In this document: positions 42,981 to 52,767 of the stretch, in pieces | Position numbering within the stretch: the stretch's first letter is position 1 | Layout: every line of letters starts with the position of its first letter | Source: Escherichia coli | GTDB lineage: Bacteria > Pseudomonadota > Gammaproteobacteria > Enterobacterales > Enterobacteriaceae | Direction: 5' to 3' (one strand) | DNA: 64,000 nucleotides | Assembly: GCF_030013595.1 (NCBI RefSeq) | Contig: NZ_CP122768.1 | Translations under genes and position numbers: made by a program | Notes under the pieces: generated by a model | The model's input: only the letters and a program-made list of their open reading frames with translations | Databases searched by the model: none | Told to the model about the DNA's origin: nothing

Positions 42981-44027
42981 TCAGGATGTGGGCTGGGTAT
43001 CTAACAGTGCGTAAGGGTTAAAGCGGATCACCTCTTCGCCAAGCCAGTCATTGATGTGCTTCATGGCCTCCATGACGGGCATCAGCTCGTTAATTGCGTA
43101 AACCCGCGCGGCCTTCTCCACATCACCAAACGCACTTTTTTCACCCGGCATCGCTCCCATCAGTTGCGGCGGAACGCGGTGCGCAGCCAGCACATCATCA
43201 CGGGATGCCGCCTTAACATTCATGAACTCATCCTTTGCGGTGATCTGCTGGAACGGCAAAATTTGCACACCTTCTTTGCCCCCGTTGGGCGCATGAATGA
43301 GCACGTTTTTAAATGCACCACCACCACGCGCACCCTGTAACGTTTCTTTCAGGGAGTCCATGCTTTCGCGGTTTACCTGCGCTGCACCGATGTAGATGAT
43401 GCACCCGGCGTGGGATCCGTTGTCGTAATACAGTTTTCTGAACATGTCCGCCGAATGAGACAGGCTGGCCGAGAGTAATGCGCCAAGATATTCCGGCATG
43501 CCGTAAATTTCCTGGTTAATGTCAGGATTCATCAGGTGACACACTTTGCCTGGGCGAAACTGAAACGCATCCTTGCCATCCTGCACATACCACCATGATT
43601 CAAGATCGCTTCCGCGTCGCATGTATTTCGCCAGGGCGTGCCGTAATTTAAGCGGTTCGCCGAGCATATTGCTTCGAAGCTCAAGGAATGCGTTACCGAA
43701 CACAAACCAGTCCAGCGCCAGCGCCGAGAAATCCTGCCGGGAAAGCAGCGGGTGCGGAATATAGCAGCCGAGCAATACATTGCGCTTAAAGTAAAGCGCA
43801 GACTGATGCCAGGACGTTTGCCGGGCAGCTCTTGCCAGACCGTACCAGTCTACCGGGGTTTCATACCACCGCCCGTTATCAGCACAGTACATATTGTCCA
43901 GCAGGTCATGCCCGGTCAGGCGATAAGGACCATCAAATGTGAATGCACTGAGCGATGATTCTTTCCTGAGCGCATCAGCGAGATCAATGCGTGAACTCAT
44001 GCGCACTTTTTTATTTTTTCTGCTCAT
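42981..44027 (-). CDS. Q: portal protein, P2 gpQ family
   Basis: 348-aa ORF, size and sequence pattern of P2 Q; leftward, upstream of terminase P. Confidence 0.9.
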   Translation of the reverse strand: MSRKNKKVRMSSRIDLADALRKESSLSAFTFDGPYRLTGHDLLDNMYCADNGRWYETPVDWYGLARAARQTSWHQSALYFKRNVLLGCYIPHPLLSRQDFSALALDWFVFGNAFLELRSNMLGEPLKLRHALAKYMRRGSDLESWWYVQDGKDAFQFRPGKVCHLMNPDINQEIYGMPEYLGALLSASLSHSADMFRKLYYDNGSHAGCIIYIGAAQVNRESMDSLKETLQGARGGGAFKNVLIHAPNGGKEGVQILPFQQITAKDEFMNVKAASRDDVLAAHRVPPQLMGAMPGEKSAFGDVEKAARVYAINELMPVMEAMKHINDWLGEEVIRFNPYALLDTQPTS

Positions 44028-45778
44028 CAGAACTCCATAACCGTGAAACGCTCGTTTTCTCCTTCGCCGCCAATTGGTTCGTTAATGACAGCAAGCATGG
44101 TTGCCCACGCAAGGTCGCCGTGGCTGATCCCCCTCGCGCGGTCCGTTTCGTAAGTGATAAAGCCGCCCGGTGTTTTCACCTTACGCACGGCGTTAAAGGC
44201 CGCGACCAGCTCGCGTTCGGCGCGATCGTATTCCCACCGTCCGGCACGCATTATTTGCAGCATTTTCAGTACCAGCGACCGTTTGGATGACAGCGTGAAG
44301 GTGTACGGAATAGCAGCAGGGAAAAACCGCTTCACTATCTGATAAACAGCCTCCCCGTTCCCGCCCGTCACATCAATGCCGATGTGTTCCACGTTGTAGC
44401 GACACGTGAACTCTTCAATGACTCTGGCCTGTTCTTCAAACTCCAGCCCCTGAACGCGTCGCGTCTCCACCGTTCGAAAACGGCCACCAGGAACAGCCGG
44501 AGGAACCACCACGGACACAGCGCCGCTGTCGCCGTTGCCACTGCTGCCGTTTGCGTCATACCCAATCCATACCGGACGATTCCCCATCGGGCGGGGAGCA
44601 AAAGGTTTCCAGTCTTTCCAGTCGTCGTATCCGTCAACACCGCAGCCAATCAGGATATTCAGGTTAAATGCCGATTCCCCTTCGCGAACAAACTCACACA
44701 TATAGAGATTGAGGAACTCGTCTTCGGTGTTTTCATCACGGATTTCGTCAATATCGGTGTGTTTCCAGCCGTGATTAACCACATCTTCCAGCGTGACAAT
44801 TTGCCGCCACGTCCGGTCAGGGCAGATAAGCCCGTTATGCAGCGTTTTCCAGTCCACAGAAAAACGCTGGCGTTTATGCGCGGCCTTTTTCTCGTTCCAG
44901 CGGTCGCCGTTCCAGTAGACGTATGCCTCGTGCGTTTCGGTTGATGGCGTGGAGAAGTAGGTGCGCCGCAGTCCGCTGAGGGTTGCCATAGCGCCAGCCA
45001 CCTTGCGCAGTTCAGCAAAGCGACTGACCCAGAAAAATTCATCAAAATAAAAATTGCCTGTGTAGGACTGTGCCGTCGCAGCAGAAGTACCGAGAAAATG
45101 CAGTTCTGCGCCGTTGGAGAGGATGATTTTATCGCCCCCTTTCAGCTCCACATCAACTTCAGCCGCGGCCTTCTGAATAATGCTTTTAAACTGGAACGCC
45201 TGACGACGCGACGCAGACAAAAAAATCTGGTTACGCTGGTAAGGTTGTGCCACATCGTCACGCAGCGCCATCAGCAGTGCTTCCTGTGCAAAATACCAGG
45301 TCGCCCCAATCTGTCGGGATTTCAGGATCATCCTGTTACGTATCCCGGCTTCACTGCAAAGGGTCAGGGAGTCAAACCAGCCCCGCTGATGCCACTCCAG
45401 CCTGCTGATGATTTTTTCCCGCAGTGCGGCAATCTGCTCCGGCGTGAAATGATTTTTAAGTTTTTTCGCCCGGCCTTTCTTTCCTGTGGCCGTCGCATCC
45501 GGCTGGCCATCATGCAGTTTTTTAAGCTGCCGGGTCAGCAGGTCTATTTCCTTAAAGTCACCACCTGTTTTATTCTGTTTTTCAGTAAGCTGGATGAGGC
45601 GCGCATCGATGGACTGCGTGACACGCTGCACGGGTGGCGTTTCATCCCACTGGTCGCGTTTTTTCCACGCATAAATCGTGTTCGGGTTTATTCCCATCAG
45701 ACGTGATATTTCTGCGGGCGGATAACCCTGCCAGTAAAGTTGCCGCGCACGCTGGCGCACAAAAGCGTCCTGAATCAT
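44027..45778 (-). CDS. P: terminase large (ATPase) subunit, P2 gpP family
   Basis: 583-aa ORF with ...LKSRQIGATWYFAQEAL... Walker A-like and nuclease-domain acidic residues. Confidence 0.92.
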   Translation of the reverse strand: MIQDAFVRQRARQLYWQGYPPAEISRLMGINPNTIYAWKKRDQWDETPPVQRVTQSIDARLIQLTEKQNKTGGDFKEIDLLTRQLKKLHDGQPDATATGKKGRAKKLKNHFTPEQIAALREKIISRLEWHQRGWFDSLTLCSEAGIRNRMILKSRQIGATWYFAQEALLMALRDDVAQPYQRNQIFLSASRRQAFQFKSIIQKAAAEVDVELKGGDKIILSNGAELHFLGTSAATAQSYTGNFYFDEFFWVSRFAELRKVAGAMATLSGLRRTYFSTPSTETHEAYVYWNGDRWNEKKAAHKRQRFSVDWKTLHNGLICPDRTWRQIVTLEDVVNHGWKHTDIDEIRDENTEDEFLNLYMCEFVREGESAFNLNILIGCGVDGYDDWKDWKPFAPRPMGNRPVWIGYDANGSSGNGDSGAVSVVVPPAVPGGRFRTVETRRVQGLEFEEQARVIEEFTCRYNVEHIGIDVTGGNGEAVYQIVKRFFPAAIPYTFTLSSKRSLVLKMLQIMRAGRWEYDRAERELVAAFNAVRKVKTPGGFITYETDRARGISHGDLAWATMLAVINEPIGGEGENERFTVMEF

Positions 45779-45932
45779 TGCTCCCCCTGAGTAATTACAG
45801 GAAGATTACCCGCGCGCGAAACCGTTCTCCTTAACCCCCTGTTCTGGCCGTTTTCTTACAACAAAAGCCCTTTGTATCAGCCTGTTACGCTTTGCCATCA
45901 TGACTGAAGAACCAGTCAGAGGGGCAAAAACT
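45779..45932. promoter_or_regulatory. divergent late promoter region between P and O
   Basis: 154-bp interval between divergent P and O starts, the position of the P2 late promoters; activator boxes not resolved by eye. Confidence 0.45.
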
Positions 45933-46769
45933 ATGGCTAATGAAAAAAAGACATCCCGCAAAAAGTTTCGCGTGGCTGTCTCCGGATCAACTGTTGATGG
46001 CCGTGAAATCAGTCCGGTGCATCTGCGTGAAGCCGCCGAGAACTTCAACCCGGATGTTTACGCTGCCCGCGTGAACGTTGAGCACTATCTCTCGCCATGC
46101 CCGTCAAGCGAATTTTCCGCAATGGGCGATGTCACCGCACTGAGTACGGAAGACATTACGGAAGGTCCGCTGGCCGGACGTACTGCGCTGTATGCAGAAA
46201 TCGAACCGACCGAGCGCATGAAGCAGCTTGTCGCGGACGGCAAGAAAATCTATTCCAGTATCGAACTGCACCCGCAGTTCTCCGTTAACGGGCGCGCCTA
46301 TCTGGTCGGGCTGGCGATGACCGACACCCCGGCAAGCCTGGGCACTGAGCGCCTGAAATTCACGGCACAGCAACGTCAGGCGGTGATGACGTTCAACAGT
46401 GTCCAGGGTGAAGCACCGCTCATTTCCGAAGCCATCGAGTCTGAAATCATCGAAATGGCAGAACAACGCCAGGAAGAAGGCACCCAGTGGTTTAACCGCG
46501 TAATGGGGATTATTGGTCGTGGCCGCAAAGCGGATGACGCCAGTTTCTCCCGTATTCAGGAAGCGGTGGAAGGCGTCGCAACGTCACAGGCCGACATTAT
46601 CGACCGTTTTAATGTGCTGGAAACCCGCCATCAGCAGGACCGCCAGAAAATCACGTCACTGACCACAGAGCTGACAGCACTGAAGGAAAAACTGCGCACG
46701 CAGGACGGCGATCCGCAGAACCGCTTCACCGCAACGGGCGCAGCCTCCGACCAGCTGGCTGACTTCTGA
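45933..46769 (+). CDS. O: capsid scaffolding protein, P2 gpO family
   Basis: Start MANEKKTSRKKFRVAVSGSTVDGREISPVHLREAAENF aligns with the P2 O N-terminus; GAGGGG 9 nt upstream. Confidence 0.85.
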   Translation: MANEKKTSRKKFRVAVSGSTVDGREISPVHLREAAENFNPDVYAARVNVEHYLSPCPSSEFSAMGDVTALSTEDITEGPLAGRTALYAEIEPTERMKQLVADGKKIYSSIELHPQFSVNGRAYLVGLAMTDTPASLGTERLKFTAQQRQAVMTFNSVQGEAPLISEAIESEIIEMAEQRQEEGTQWFNRVMGIIGRGRKADDASFSRIQEAVEGVATSQADIIDRFNVLETRHQQDRQKITSLTTELTALKEKLRTQDGDPQNRFTATGAASDQLADF

Positions 46770-46791
46770 TAAGACAAAGGAGCAAATTTTT

Positions 46792-47844
46792 ATGAATCTG
46801 GTGATGTCAGATATTACCCGCAACAAGCTGGGTTGCTATATGGCGCAGCAGGCGTCGCTTAACAATATCCCGGTATCTGCACTGGTATCGCGATTTACCG
46901 TAGAACCCTCGGTGCAGCAGCGTTTTGAAAACGCAGTAAAGGAGAGCACTGAATTTACAAAAAAAATTAACGTGTTCGGTGTGACTGACCAGAAAGGCGA
47001 AAAAATCCTCCTTGACACCACCGGGCCGATTGCGCGCACGAATACCAGTTATGACGGCACAAAACGCCGTAACCCGAATAACGTGGTTGATCTGAAAAAC
47101 CGCAAATACCAGTGCGAACAGGTGAACTACGACACGTTTATTTCGTATCCGCAGCTTGATGCCTGGGCGGCACACCCTGATTTTCAGTCCCGCGTCAGCA
47201 CACAGATTGCCCGGCAGGTGGCGCTTGACCGCATCATGATCGGTTTCAACGGCACGTCTCACGCAGATGAGTCCAACTTCAGCACTAACAAGCTGCTTCA
47301 GGACGTTAACGTGGGATGGCTGGAGCACATCAGAACCGACGCCAGCGAGCGCGTTATGAATGATGTAACGCTGACCTCCCGCAACATGGACAACACCGTG
47401 GCGCACGCGGGTAAATATGCGAACGCTGATGCACTGGTACAGGACGCGCGCTCATCCCTGCTGGATGAATGGCACAAGGAAGCTGACGACCTCGTGGTGA
47501 TTATGGGGCGCAACCTGTTTAACTCGCTGCGTCTGCCCGTGCTGAACAGCATCAGCGGCCAGAATCCCAATGCGGAATTACTTGCCGGACAGCTCATCCT
47601 GTCATCGCGCGCCATTGGCGGGCTGGATGTATTCCTTGCGCCGTTCTTCCCGGATGCAACGATGCTGATCACCTCGTTCAACAACCTGTCAATTTACTGG
47701 CAGAAAGGAACAATGCGTCGCCTGATGAAAGACGAGCCGGAATACAACCGCATCGCCACCTACCAGTCCATCAATGACGCTTATGTCGTTGAAGACTATG
47801 GCAAGTGCGCGATGGTCACTGGCCTGAAGTTCGCCGACAGCTAA
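46792..47844 (+). CDS. N: major capsid protein, P2 gpN family
   Basis: 350-aa ORF; ...FTVEPSV...MIGFNGT...NKLLQDVNVGWL...YVVEDYG... match the P2 N pattern. Confidence 0.92.
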   Translation: MNLVMSDITRNKLGCYMAQQASLNNIPVSALVSRFTVEPSVQQRFENAVKESTEFTKKINVFGVTDQKGEKILLDTTGPIARTNTSYDGTKRRNPNNVVDLKNRKYQCEQVNYDTFISYPQLDAWAAHPDFQSRVSTQIARQVALDRIMIGFNGTSHADESNFSTNKLLQDVNVGWLEHIRTDASERVMNDVTLTSRNMDNTVAHAGKYANADALVQDARSSLLDEWHKEADDLVVIMGRNLFNSLRLPVLNSISGQNPNAELLAGQLILSSRAIGGLDVFLAPFFPDATMLITSFNNLSIYWQKGTMRRLMKDEPEYNRIATYQSINDAYVVEDYGKCAMVTGLKFADS

Positions 47845-47889
47845 TCACCTCACGGCGGGCATCATGCCCGCCTGTAACGGAGAGAAAAA

Positions 47890-48690
47890 ATGATTACTCC
47901 TGCACAGCAACACTGGCAGAACGTGATGGCACAGCGCGCAGGCCGGGCGAATGAAGGCGTGGACCACGCCGCGCGTACCGCGCATGAAGAGGTGCTGTAT
48001 CGTCTGCGTCTGGCACAGGCCCGGCTTAAGGGCGTACAGGCCAGAAGCGCGAAAGCCGCCATCAAAAAAGAGTTATTGCCGGACTTTTCCGGCTGGATTG
48101 AGGGAACGCTGGAGGCTGACGGCGGGCAGCAGGATGAAGTGATTGCCACGCTGATGGTCTGGGCGATTGACTGCGGCGATCTTCCGCTGGCGCTGCGTAT
48201 TGGTGCATATGTGGTCCGTCACAACCTCATCATGCCGGATAACTTTGGACGTACTGCTGCCACGGTACTGACCGAAGAAATCTGTAATCCGGTACTGACG
48301 CAGGCCGGGACGGATGCCGACGCGGATTTGTCCGCCTTTATCGAACCACTGGACACCCTCCGGGAGATTGTCACCGACCAGGACATGCCGGACGAAGTGC
48401 GCGCCAAATTATGCAAAGCGTGCGCCTTTGCCCGCCGTGGCCTGAGTGATACGGACAGCATGGCCCTGTCACTGAAGCTGCTGCGCGAAGCAATGCACCT
48501 GAACCCGAACGCAGGTGTGAAACGCGAGATTGCAACCCTTTCCCGCGCCCTGAAAAAAGCCGATTCCGCAGCCGCACCAGAAGACGCCAGCGCACAGCAG
48601 ACGCAGGACGAAAGCAGCAAAAGTAAAAAGACAACGCGGAAGCCTGCAACACGAAAAACCACCGCGACGCAGAAGGCGAAGCGCGGTTAA
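47890..48690 (+). CDS. M: terminase small (endonuclease) subunit, P2 gpM family
   Basis: 266-aa ORF MITPAQQHWQNVMAQRAGRANEG... with basic C-terminal tail; position after N. Confidence 0.88.
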   Translation: MITPAQQHWQNVMAQRAGRANEGVDHAARTAHEEVLYRLRLAQARLKGVQARSAKAAIKKELLPDFSGWIEGTLEADGGQQDEVIATLMVWAIDCGDLPLALRIGAYVVRHNLIMPDNFGRTAATVLTEEICNPVLTQAGTDADADLSAFIEPLDTLREIVTDQDMPDEVRAKLCKACAFARRGLSDTDSMALSLKLLREAMHLNPNAGVKREIATLSRALKKADSAAAPEDASAQQTQDESSKSKKTTRKPATRKTTATQKAKRG

Positions 48691-48783
48691 CGACTGACCC
48701 CGTCAGCGGGCGGCGTGCGCGGTGTTCCGGTTTGACTCCGTGACCGTTTACACCGCGCACCCACCGCCCGATTTTTTTCAGGA

Positions 48784-49287
48784 GTGAACCCCATGAGTAT
48801 GGTTGCCAGAACTGAACCCAGACCCGCAGAGGACGACATCACCGATACCGATGATGGCGATACCCGCATTTCAGCGGGTGCATTCTGGCCGGATATTGTG
48901 CTGCGCGAGCTGCGTCTGGCGGTACGACTGCCGGGCCGCGTGACCACCTCCCGCCTGCTACATACTGCCACCGGGGCTGTGGCACACGTTACCCGCGAGC
49001 TGGAAGCATGGCAGCAGGAACAGCAGGCAGCTGGCCATCAGACGCTGGCCGATGTTCCGGCACCCGTAATTAACGGAGAAAGCGTCAATCTCTGGCACTG
49101 GCGCAATGCTGTTTATACCGCCACGCGCGCCCTGATTCTGGAGCGTTACCGCGATGCGGACACAACGGATAAGGGCGACCGCCGGGCGGACGCACTGGAT
49201 ATACAGACATCGGATTTGTGGCGCGATGTGAGCTGGGCCATCTCTGACATTCTGCGCCGCCCGCGAATTTTTGCGGAGCTGTGCTGA
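48784..49287 (+). CDS. L: head completion protein, P2 gpL family
   Basis: 167-aa ORF at the P2 L position. Confidence 0.85.
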   Translation: MNPMSMVARTEPRPAEDDITDTDDGDTRISAGAFWPDIVLRELRLAVRLPGRVTTSRLLHTATGAVAHVTRELEAWQQEQQAAGHQTLADVPAPVINGESVNLWHWRNAVYTATRALILERYRDADTTDKGDRRADALDIQTSDLWRDVSWAISDILRRPRIFAELC

Positions 49288-49487
49288 TGAAAGTGAAGGC
49301 ACTGGAAGGCGACACCGTGGATTCGCTCTGTTTCCGGTACTACGGCACGACGCAGGGCGTCACCGAAAAGGTGCTGGATGCCAACCCCGGACTCTGTCAG
49401 CAGGTATTTCTGGACGCCGGGCAGGACGTGGAGATGCCGGAGCCGGAGAAGAAGAAACGAGAAATGATTCAGTTGTGGGGGGAGTAG
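49287..49487 (+). CDS. X: tail protein X, P2 gpX family (LysM-like)
   Basis: 66-aa ORF from ATG 49287 (MKVKALEGDTVDSLCFRYYGTTQGV...) overlapping the L stop (ATGA). Confidence 0.8.
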   Translation: MKVKALEGDTVDSLCFRYYGTTQGVTEKVLDANPGLCQQVFLDAGQDVEMPEPEKKKREMIQLWGE

Positions 49488-49489
49488 CA

Positions 49490-49813
49490 GTGAGCACCAT
49501 TCAAACAGGGATCACAGAGCAGGTTATTGCGTGGCTCTTTGACCACCTGCCAACGGTGTATGCAGTAGGCGCGGCGGTCAGCATTTCCGCGCTGATGAGT
49601 CTTTATGACGGACGAACACTGGTTCAGACCGTAACGGGATCGCTGGCGTGCGGCGTTCTTGCCATGGCCGTGGCCGGGTCGTTGCGCTTCTTCGGGTTTC
49701 CTGAAGATGCCGTGACGTTTATCGGCGCATCAATCGGTTTTATGGGCGCAGAGAAAGCACGCGACAAGGTTATTGCGGCCTTTAATCGCAGGGTGAAGGG
49801 GAAGGACGAATGA
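49490..49813 (+). CDS. holin (putative, GTG start)
   Basis: 107-aa ORF with three hydrophobic segments and charged C-terminus, 2 nt after X stop, GGGGGAG RBS; at the P2 Y position. Confidence 0.65.
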   Translation: MSTIQTGITEQVIAWLFDHLPTVYAVGAAVSISALMSLYDGRTLVQTVTGSLACGVLAMAVAGSLRFFGFPEDAVTFIGASIGFMGAEKARDKVIAAFNRRVKGKDE

Positions 49814-50202
49814 GCAACACATTTAAATTCAGCAGTCGGAGCGAAAAGAATTTGCAGGGCGTAAATCCTGATCTGGTGAAAGTGACCCGACGGGCACTGG
49901 AAATTTCGGAAGTGGATTTTGGTATCACCGAAGGGTTGCGCAGCCGTTACCGCCAGAAGCAACTTGTGGCCACAGGTAAGAGCCAGACCATGAACAGCCG
50001 CCACCTTACGGGACATGCCGTGGATGTTGTGGCTTATATCGGCAGCCAGGTGTCATGGGAATGGCCGCTGTACGAAAAAATCGCAGCAGCATTCAGACAG
50101 GCCAGCCGGGAGCTGAATATTCCGGTGGAATGGGGCGGCGACTGGAAGACCCTGAAAGACGGACCGCATTTTCAGTTACCACACGGAGCCTATCCGGCAT
50201 GA
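49810..50202 (+). CDS. endolysin, peptidase M15-like
   Basis: 130-aa ORF with ...SRHLTGHAVDVV... metal-binding motif typical of M15 phage endopeptidases. Confidence 0.8.
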   Translation: MSNTFKFSSRSEKNLQGVNPDLVKVTRRALEISEVDFGITEGLRSRYRQKQLVATGKSQTMNSRHLTGHAVDVVAYIGSQVSWEWPLYEKIAAAFRQASRELNIPVEWGGDWKTLKDGPHFQLPHGAYPA

Positions 50203-50606
50203 AGCTCTGGCCCACGCTGGGTGTCGCTTTCCTTCTGATTGCCGCATGGGGAACATCCATGCGTCTGTCATGGTCGCTGGGCCGGGAGAACGCCAGAAAC
50301 GAAGCGCAGGCCAGCACCCTGAAACGTACCGCCGACACCCTGAATATCATCAGCGCCGGGGTACAGGATATGCAGCAGGTGCTGGCGCAACTCCGCGTGG
50401 AAAATCAGCAACGCAATCAGGACGGAGAGGTAAGACGTGAACAGCTACGCAACGATATTGCAAAAGATGAATGCGCCCACGCTTTGCCTGACGCTCGTTT
50501 TACTGACAGGCTGCGCAGGCACGCAGAACGCGCCACTGCCAGCGCCGTCAGTCCGGCTTATACCGCAGACGCTGACCATACCGGTAACGCCGCCCCCCTT
50601 CCCTGA
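50199..50606 (+). CDS. i-spanin (Rz/LysB-like inner-membrane spanin)
   Basis: 135-aa ORF from ATG 50199 with N-terminal TM helix (LWPTLGVAFLLIAAWG) then coiled-coil region. Confidence 0.7.
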   Translation: MKLWPTLGVAFLLIAAWGTSMRLSWSLGRENARNEAQASTLKRTADTLNIISAGVQDMQQVLAQLRVENQQRNQDGEVRREQLRNDIAKDECAHALPDARFTDRLRRHAERATASAVSPAYTADADHTGNAAPLP

Positions 50607-50757
50607 TACTCCCACATGGGGAAATCTCGGTATATGGGGCGACCGCCTTCTGGATGCACTGGAAACCTGTAACGCGGATAAACGGGCCATTGAATTACTG
50701 GAACAGCGCAGGCTGCAACGACTGAACAACGAGGACAACAACCATGCTGAAAACTGA
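50437..50757 (+). CDS. o-spanin (Rz1/LysC-like outer-membrane lipoprotein), start uncertain
   Basis: Overlaps the i-spanin in the +1 frame; lipobox LLTGC after a signal peptide; proline-rich mature region. Confidence 0.65.
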   Translation: MNSYATILQKMNAPTLCLTLVLLTGCAGTQNAPLPAPSVRLIPQTLTIPVTPPPFPDTPTWGNLGIWGDRLLDALETCNADKRAIELLEQRRLQRLNNEDNNHAEN

Positions 50758-51211
50758 TTCCCTGCGTGAAGCCATGACCCGTTCATGCCGATGGTGTCAG
50801 GCCAACCCGGAAAAATTCACCATTTTCGTGGAGAGCGGCAACATTGAAACGACCGGAGAAACGCCCTCGTTTGTTTACCGCTATCAGATGGTGATGTTTG
50901 TCATGGATTACGCCGGGGAGCTGGACGACCTCACGCTGCCGCTGCTGGCGTGGTTATCCGAAAATCAGCCACAGTTGTTGCTCAACCCTGAGCGTAATCA
51001 GGACATCAAATTCTCCGCCGTTATCAATGACGATGACAGCGCCGATCTCCTGTTTACGCTCCCCCTGCGGGAACGCGTTCGCATCACGCGCAGCAGTCAG
51101 GGGACACCGCAGGCAGAACACCTGCCGGAGCCAAAACCCCGCCTGCCATCACCCGAAGGCGACTGGTCGCATGTATTCCAGGATGTGACGTGGGGTGAAA
51201 GCGATGGATAA
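50744..51211 (+). CDS. R: tail completion protein, P2 gpR family
   Basis: 155-aa ORF, same length as P2 R, at the expected position. Confidence 0.85.
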   Translation: MLKTDSLREAMTRSCRWCQANPEKFTIFVESGNIETTGETPSFVYRYQMVMFVMDYAGELDDLTLPLLAWLSENQPQLLLNPERNQDIKFSAVINDDDSADLLFTLPLRERVRITRSSQGTPQAEHLPEPKPRLPSPEGDWSHVFQDVTWGESDG

Positions 51212-51839
51212 GGCATTCACCCGCGTGGATGAAACCTTTGAGGCCATCCGCGACAGCCTGAATCAGCAGGCCATCAATAACATCGCCAGAAAGCTGGCAC
51301 AGGATTTACGCCGCGCCCAGCAGGCGCGTATCCGGTCACAGAAAGCGCCGGACGGGACCGCGTGGACACCACGCAGACGCCGCGTAACCCGGATACAGGA
51401 GCGCATTCGCTTTATCTGGAATAACGAAGCACGCACGCTGAAAAACTGGCATCACGACACGGGGAAATACGGGCGAACCATTACCGGGTGGGATGAGGAT
51501 AAAAACAATATCCGCACGTTTTACCGGGATGACATCGACCGTTTTCTGGAAATACGCACCCGGCGCATCAACCAGGACAGCACAAAGCGCGTCCCCATGT
51601 TCGTAAAACTGCGCACCGCCCGCTACCTGAAAGCCCGTGCAGATGCTTCCGGTGTGACGGTGGGTTACAGCGGCGTGGCCGCACGTATTGCCCGCGTTCA
51701 TCAGTTCGGTGAGCGCGATCAGGTTGCGCCGGGCATTTTCACCGATTACCCGGTACGTGAGCTGCTGGGTATCAGCCAGGCAGATGAGCGCCTGATTTAT
51801 AACACGGTGCTGGGCCGGATTGCGGAGGCTGTACGGTGA
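51195..51839 (+). CDS. S: tail completion/virion morphogenesis protein, P2 gpS-like
   Basis: 214-aa ORF between R and V; longer than P2 S, assignment by position. Confidence 0.7.
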   Translation: MKAMDKAFTRVDETFEAIRDSLNQQAINNIARKLAQDLRRAQQARIRSQKAPDGTAWTPRRRRVTRIQERIRFIWNNEARTLKNWHHDTGKYGRTITGWDEDKNNIRTFYRDDIDRFLEIRTRRINQDSTKRVPMFVKLRTARYLKARADASGVTVGYSGVAARIARVHQFGERDQVAPGIFTDYPVRELLGISQADERLIYNTVLGRIAEAVR

Positions 51840-52417
51840 GCGCAGAACTCATGCGACTGCTGAGCAATATCATCCGCACCGGGATCATCTCTGAAGTTGA
51901 TGAGAAGTCCTGGCGCGTGCGCGTTCGCAGCGGCGAACTGGAAACAGGCTGGTTGCGCTGGAACACCACGCGCGCGGGAGCCTTCAATGTATGGCTGCCG
52001 CCATCACCAGGCGAACAGGTGGTAATTGCCTGCATTGGCGGCAACCCGGAAACCGCCATGATAATTGGCAGCCTGTGGAGTGATGCCAGTCCGGCCCCCG
52101 GCAAAAGCCTGAAAGAAATCGTGGTCAGCGCGCCGGATGGCGCGGCGTTCCGCTACGACGCAGACGCTGGCGCACTGAGCGCCAGCGGCATGAAAACAGC
52201 CACCCTGCAGGCATCCGTCAGCGTGACACTGGATACGCCCGTCGTGGAATGCACAAACCTTCTGAGAACAGCGACGCTTGACGTCACAAAAGGGGGAAAG
52301 ATGAGCGGCAATATCACGCACAGCGGCGGCGATTTCACCTCAAACGGCATCACAGTGCATACGCATAAGCACGGTGGCGTTAAAGGTGGCAGCGATTCGA
52401 CAGGAGGCCCGCAGTGA
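51836..52417 (+). CDS. V: baseplate spike protein, P2 gpV family
   Basis: 193-aa ORF with OB-fold-like N-terminus and Gly-rich C-terminal tip region. Confidence 0.88.
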   Translation: MSAELMRLLSNIIRTGIISEVDEKSWRVRVRSGELETGWLRWNTTRAGAFNVWLPPSPGEQVVIACIGGNPETAMIIGSLWSDASPAPGKSLKEIVVSAPDGAAFRYDADAGALSASGMKTATLQASVSVTLDTPVVECTNLLRTATLDVTKGGKMSGNITHSGGDFTSNGITVHTHKHGGVKGGSDSTGGPQ

Positions 52418-52764
52418 CAACCCGCTACACAGGAATGAACCCGGACGGAACGGGAAACCTGAACGATATGGAGCACCTGAAACAGTCAGTCAGGGACATC
52501 CTGACCACCCCGCTGGCCAGCCGGGTTATGCGACGGGAATATGGCAGCCTTGTGCCTGATTTGATTGACGAACCCATGAATAACACCACGCGTCTGCAAT
52601 GCATGAGTGCTGCCGTGATTGCGCTGACACGATGGGAACCCCGCATTGCCCTGGACGCTATCGACGTTGTCTGGAAGGCAGGAGGCCGCGCCGGGGTGAC
52701 GCTGTCGGGCACTGTCATGCAGACCATGCAGAATGTTGAATTAACCATCACGCTGAGGGAGTAA
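52414..52764 (+). CDS. W: baseplate wedge protein, P2 gpW family
   Basis: 116-aa ORF, GPW/gp25 lysozyme-like fold pattern; ATGA overlap with V. Confidence 0.88.
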   Translation: MTTRYTGMNPDGTGNLNDMEHLKQSVRDILTTPLASRVMRREYGSLVPDLIDEPMNNTTRLQCMSAAVIALTRWEPRIALDAIDVVWKAGGRAGVTLSGTVMQTMQNVELTITLRE

Positions 52765-52767
52765 ATC

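Noticed and set aside
45779-45932. Searched for P2 Ogr-type late-promoter boxes (TGT-N12-ACA)
   Set aside because: Only TGT-N15-ACA (45840..45860) was found; spacing does not match the consensus as I remember it, so no activator site is claimed
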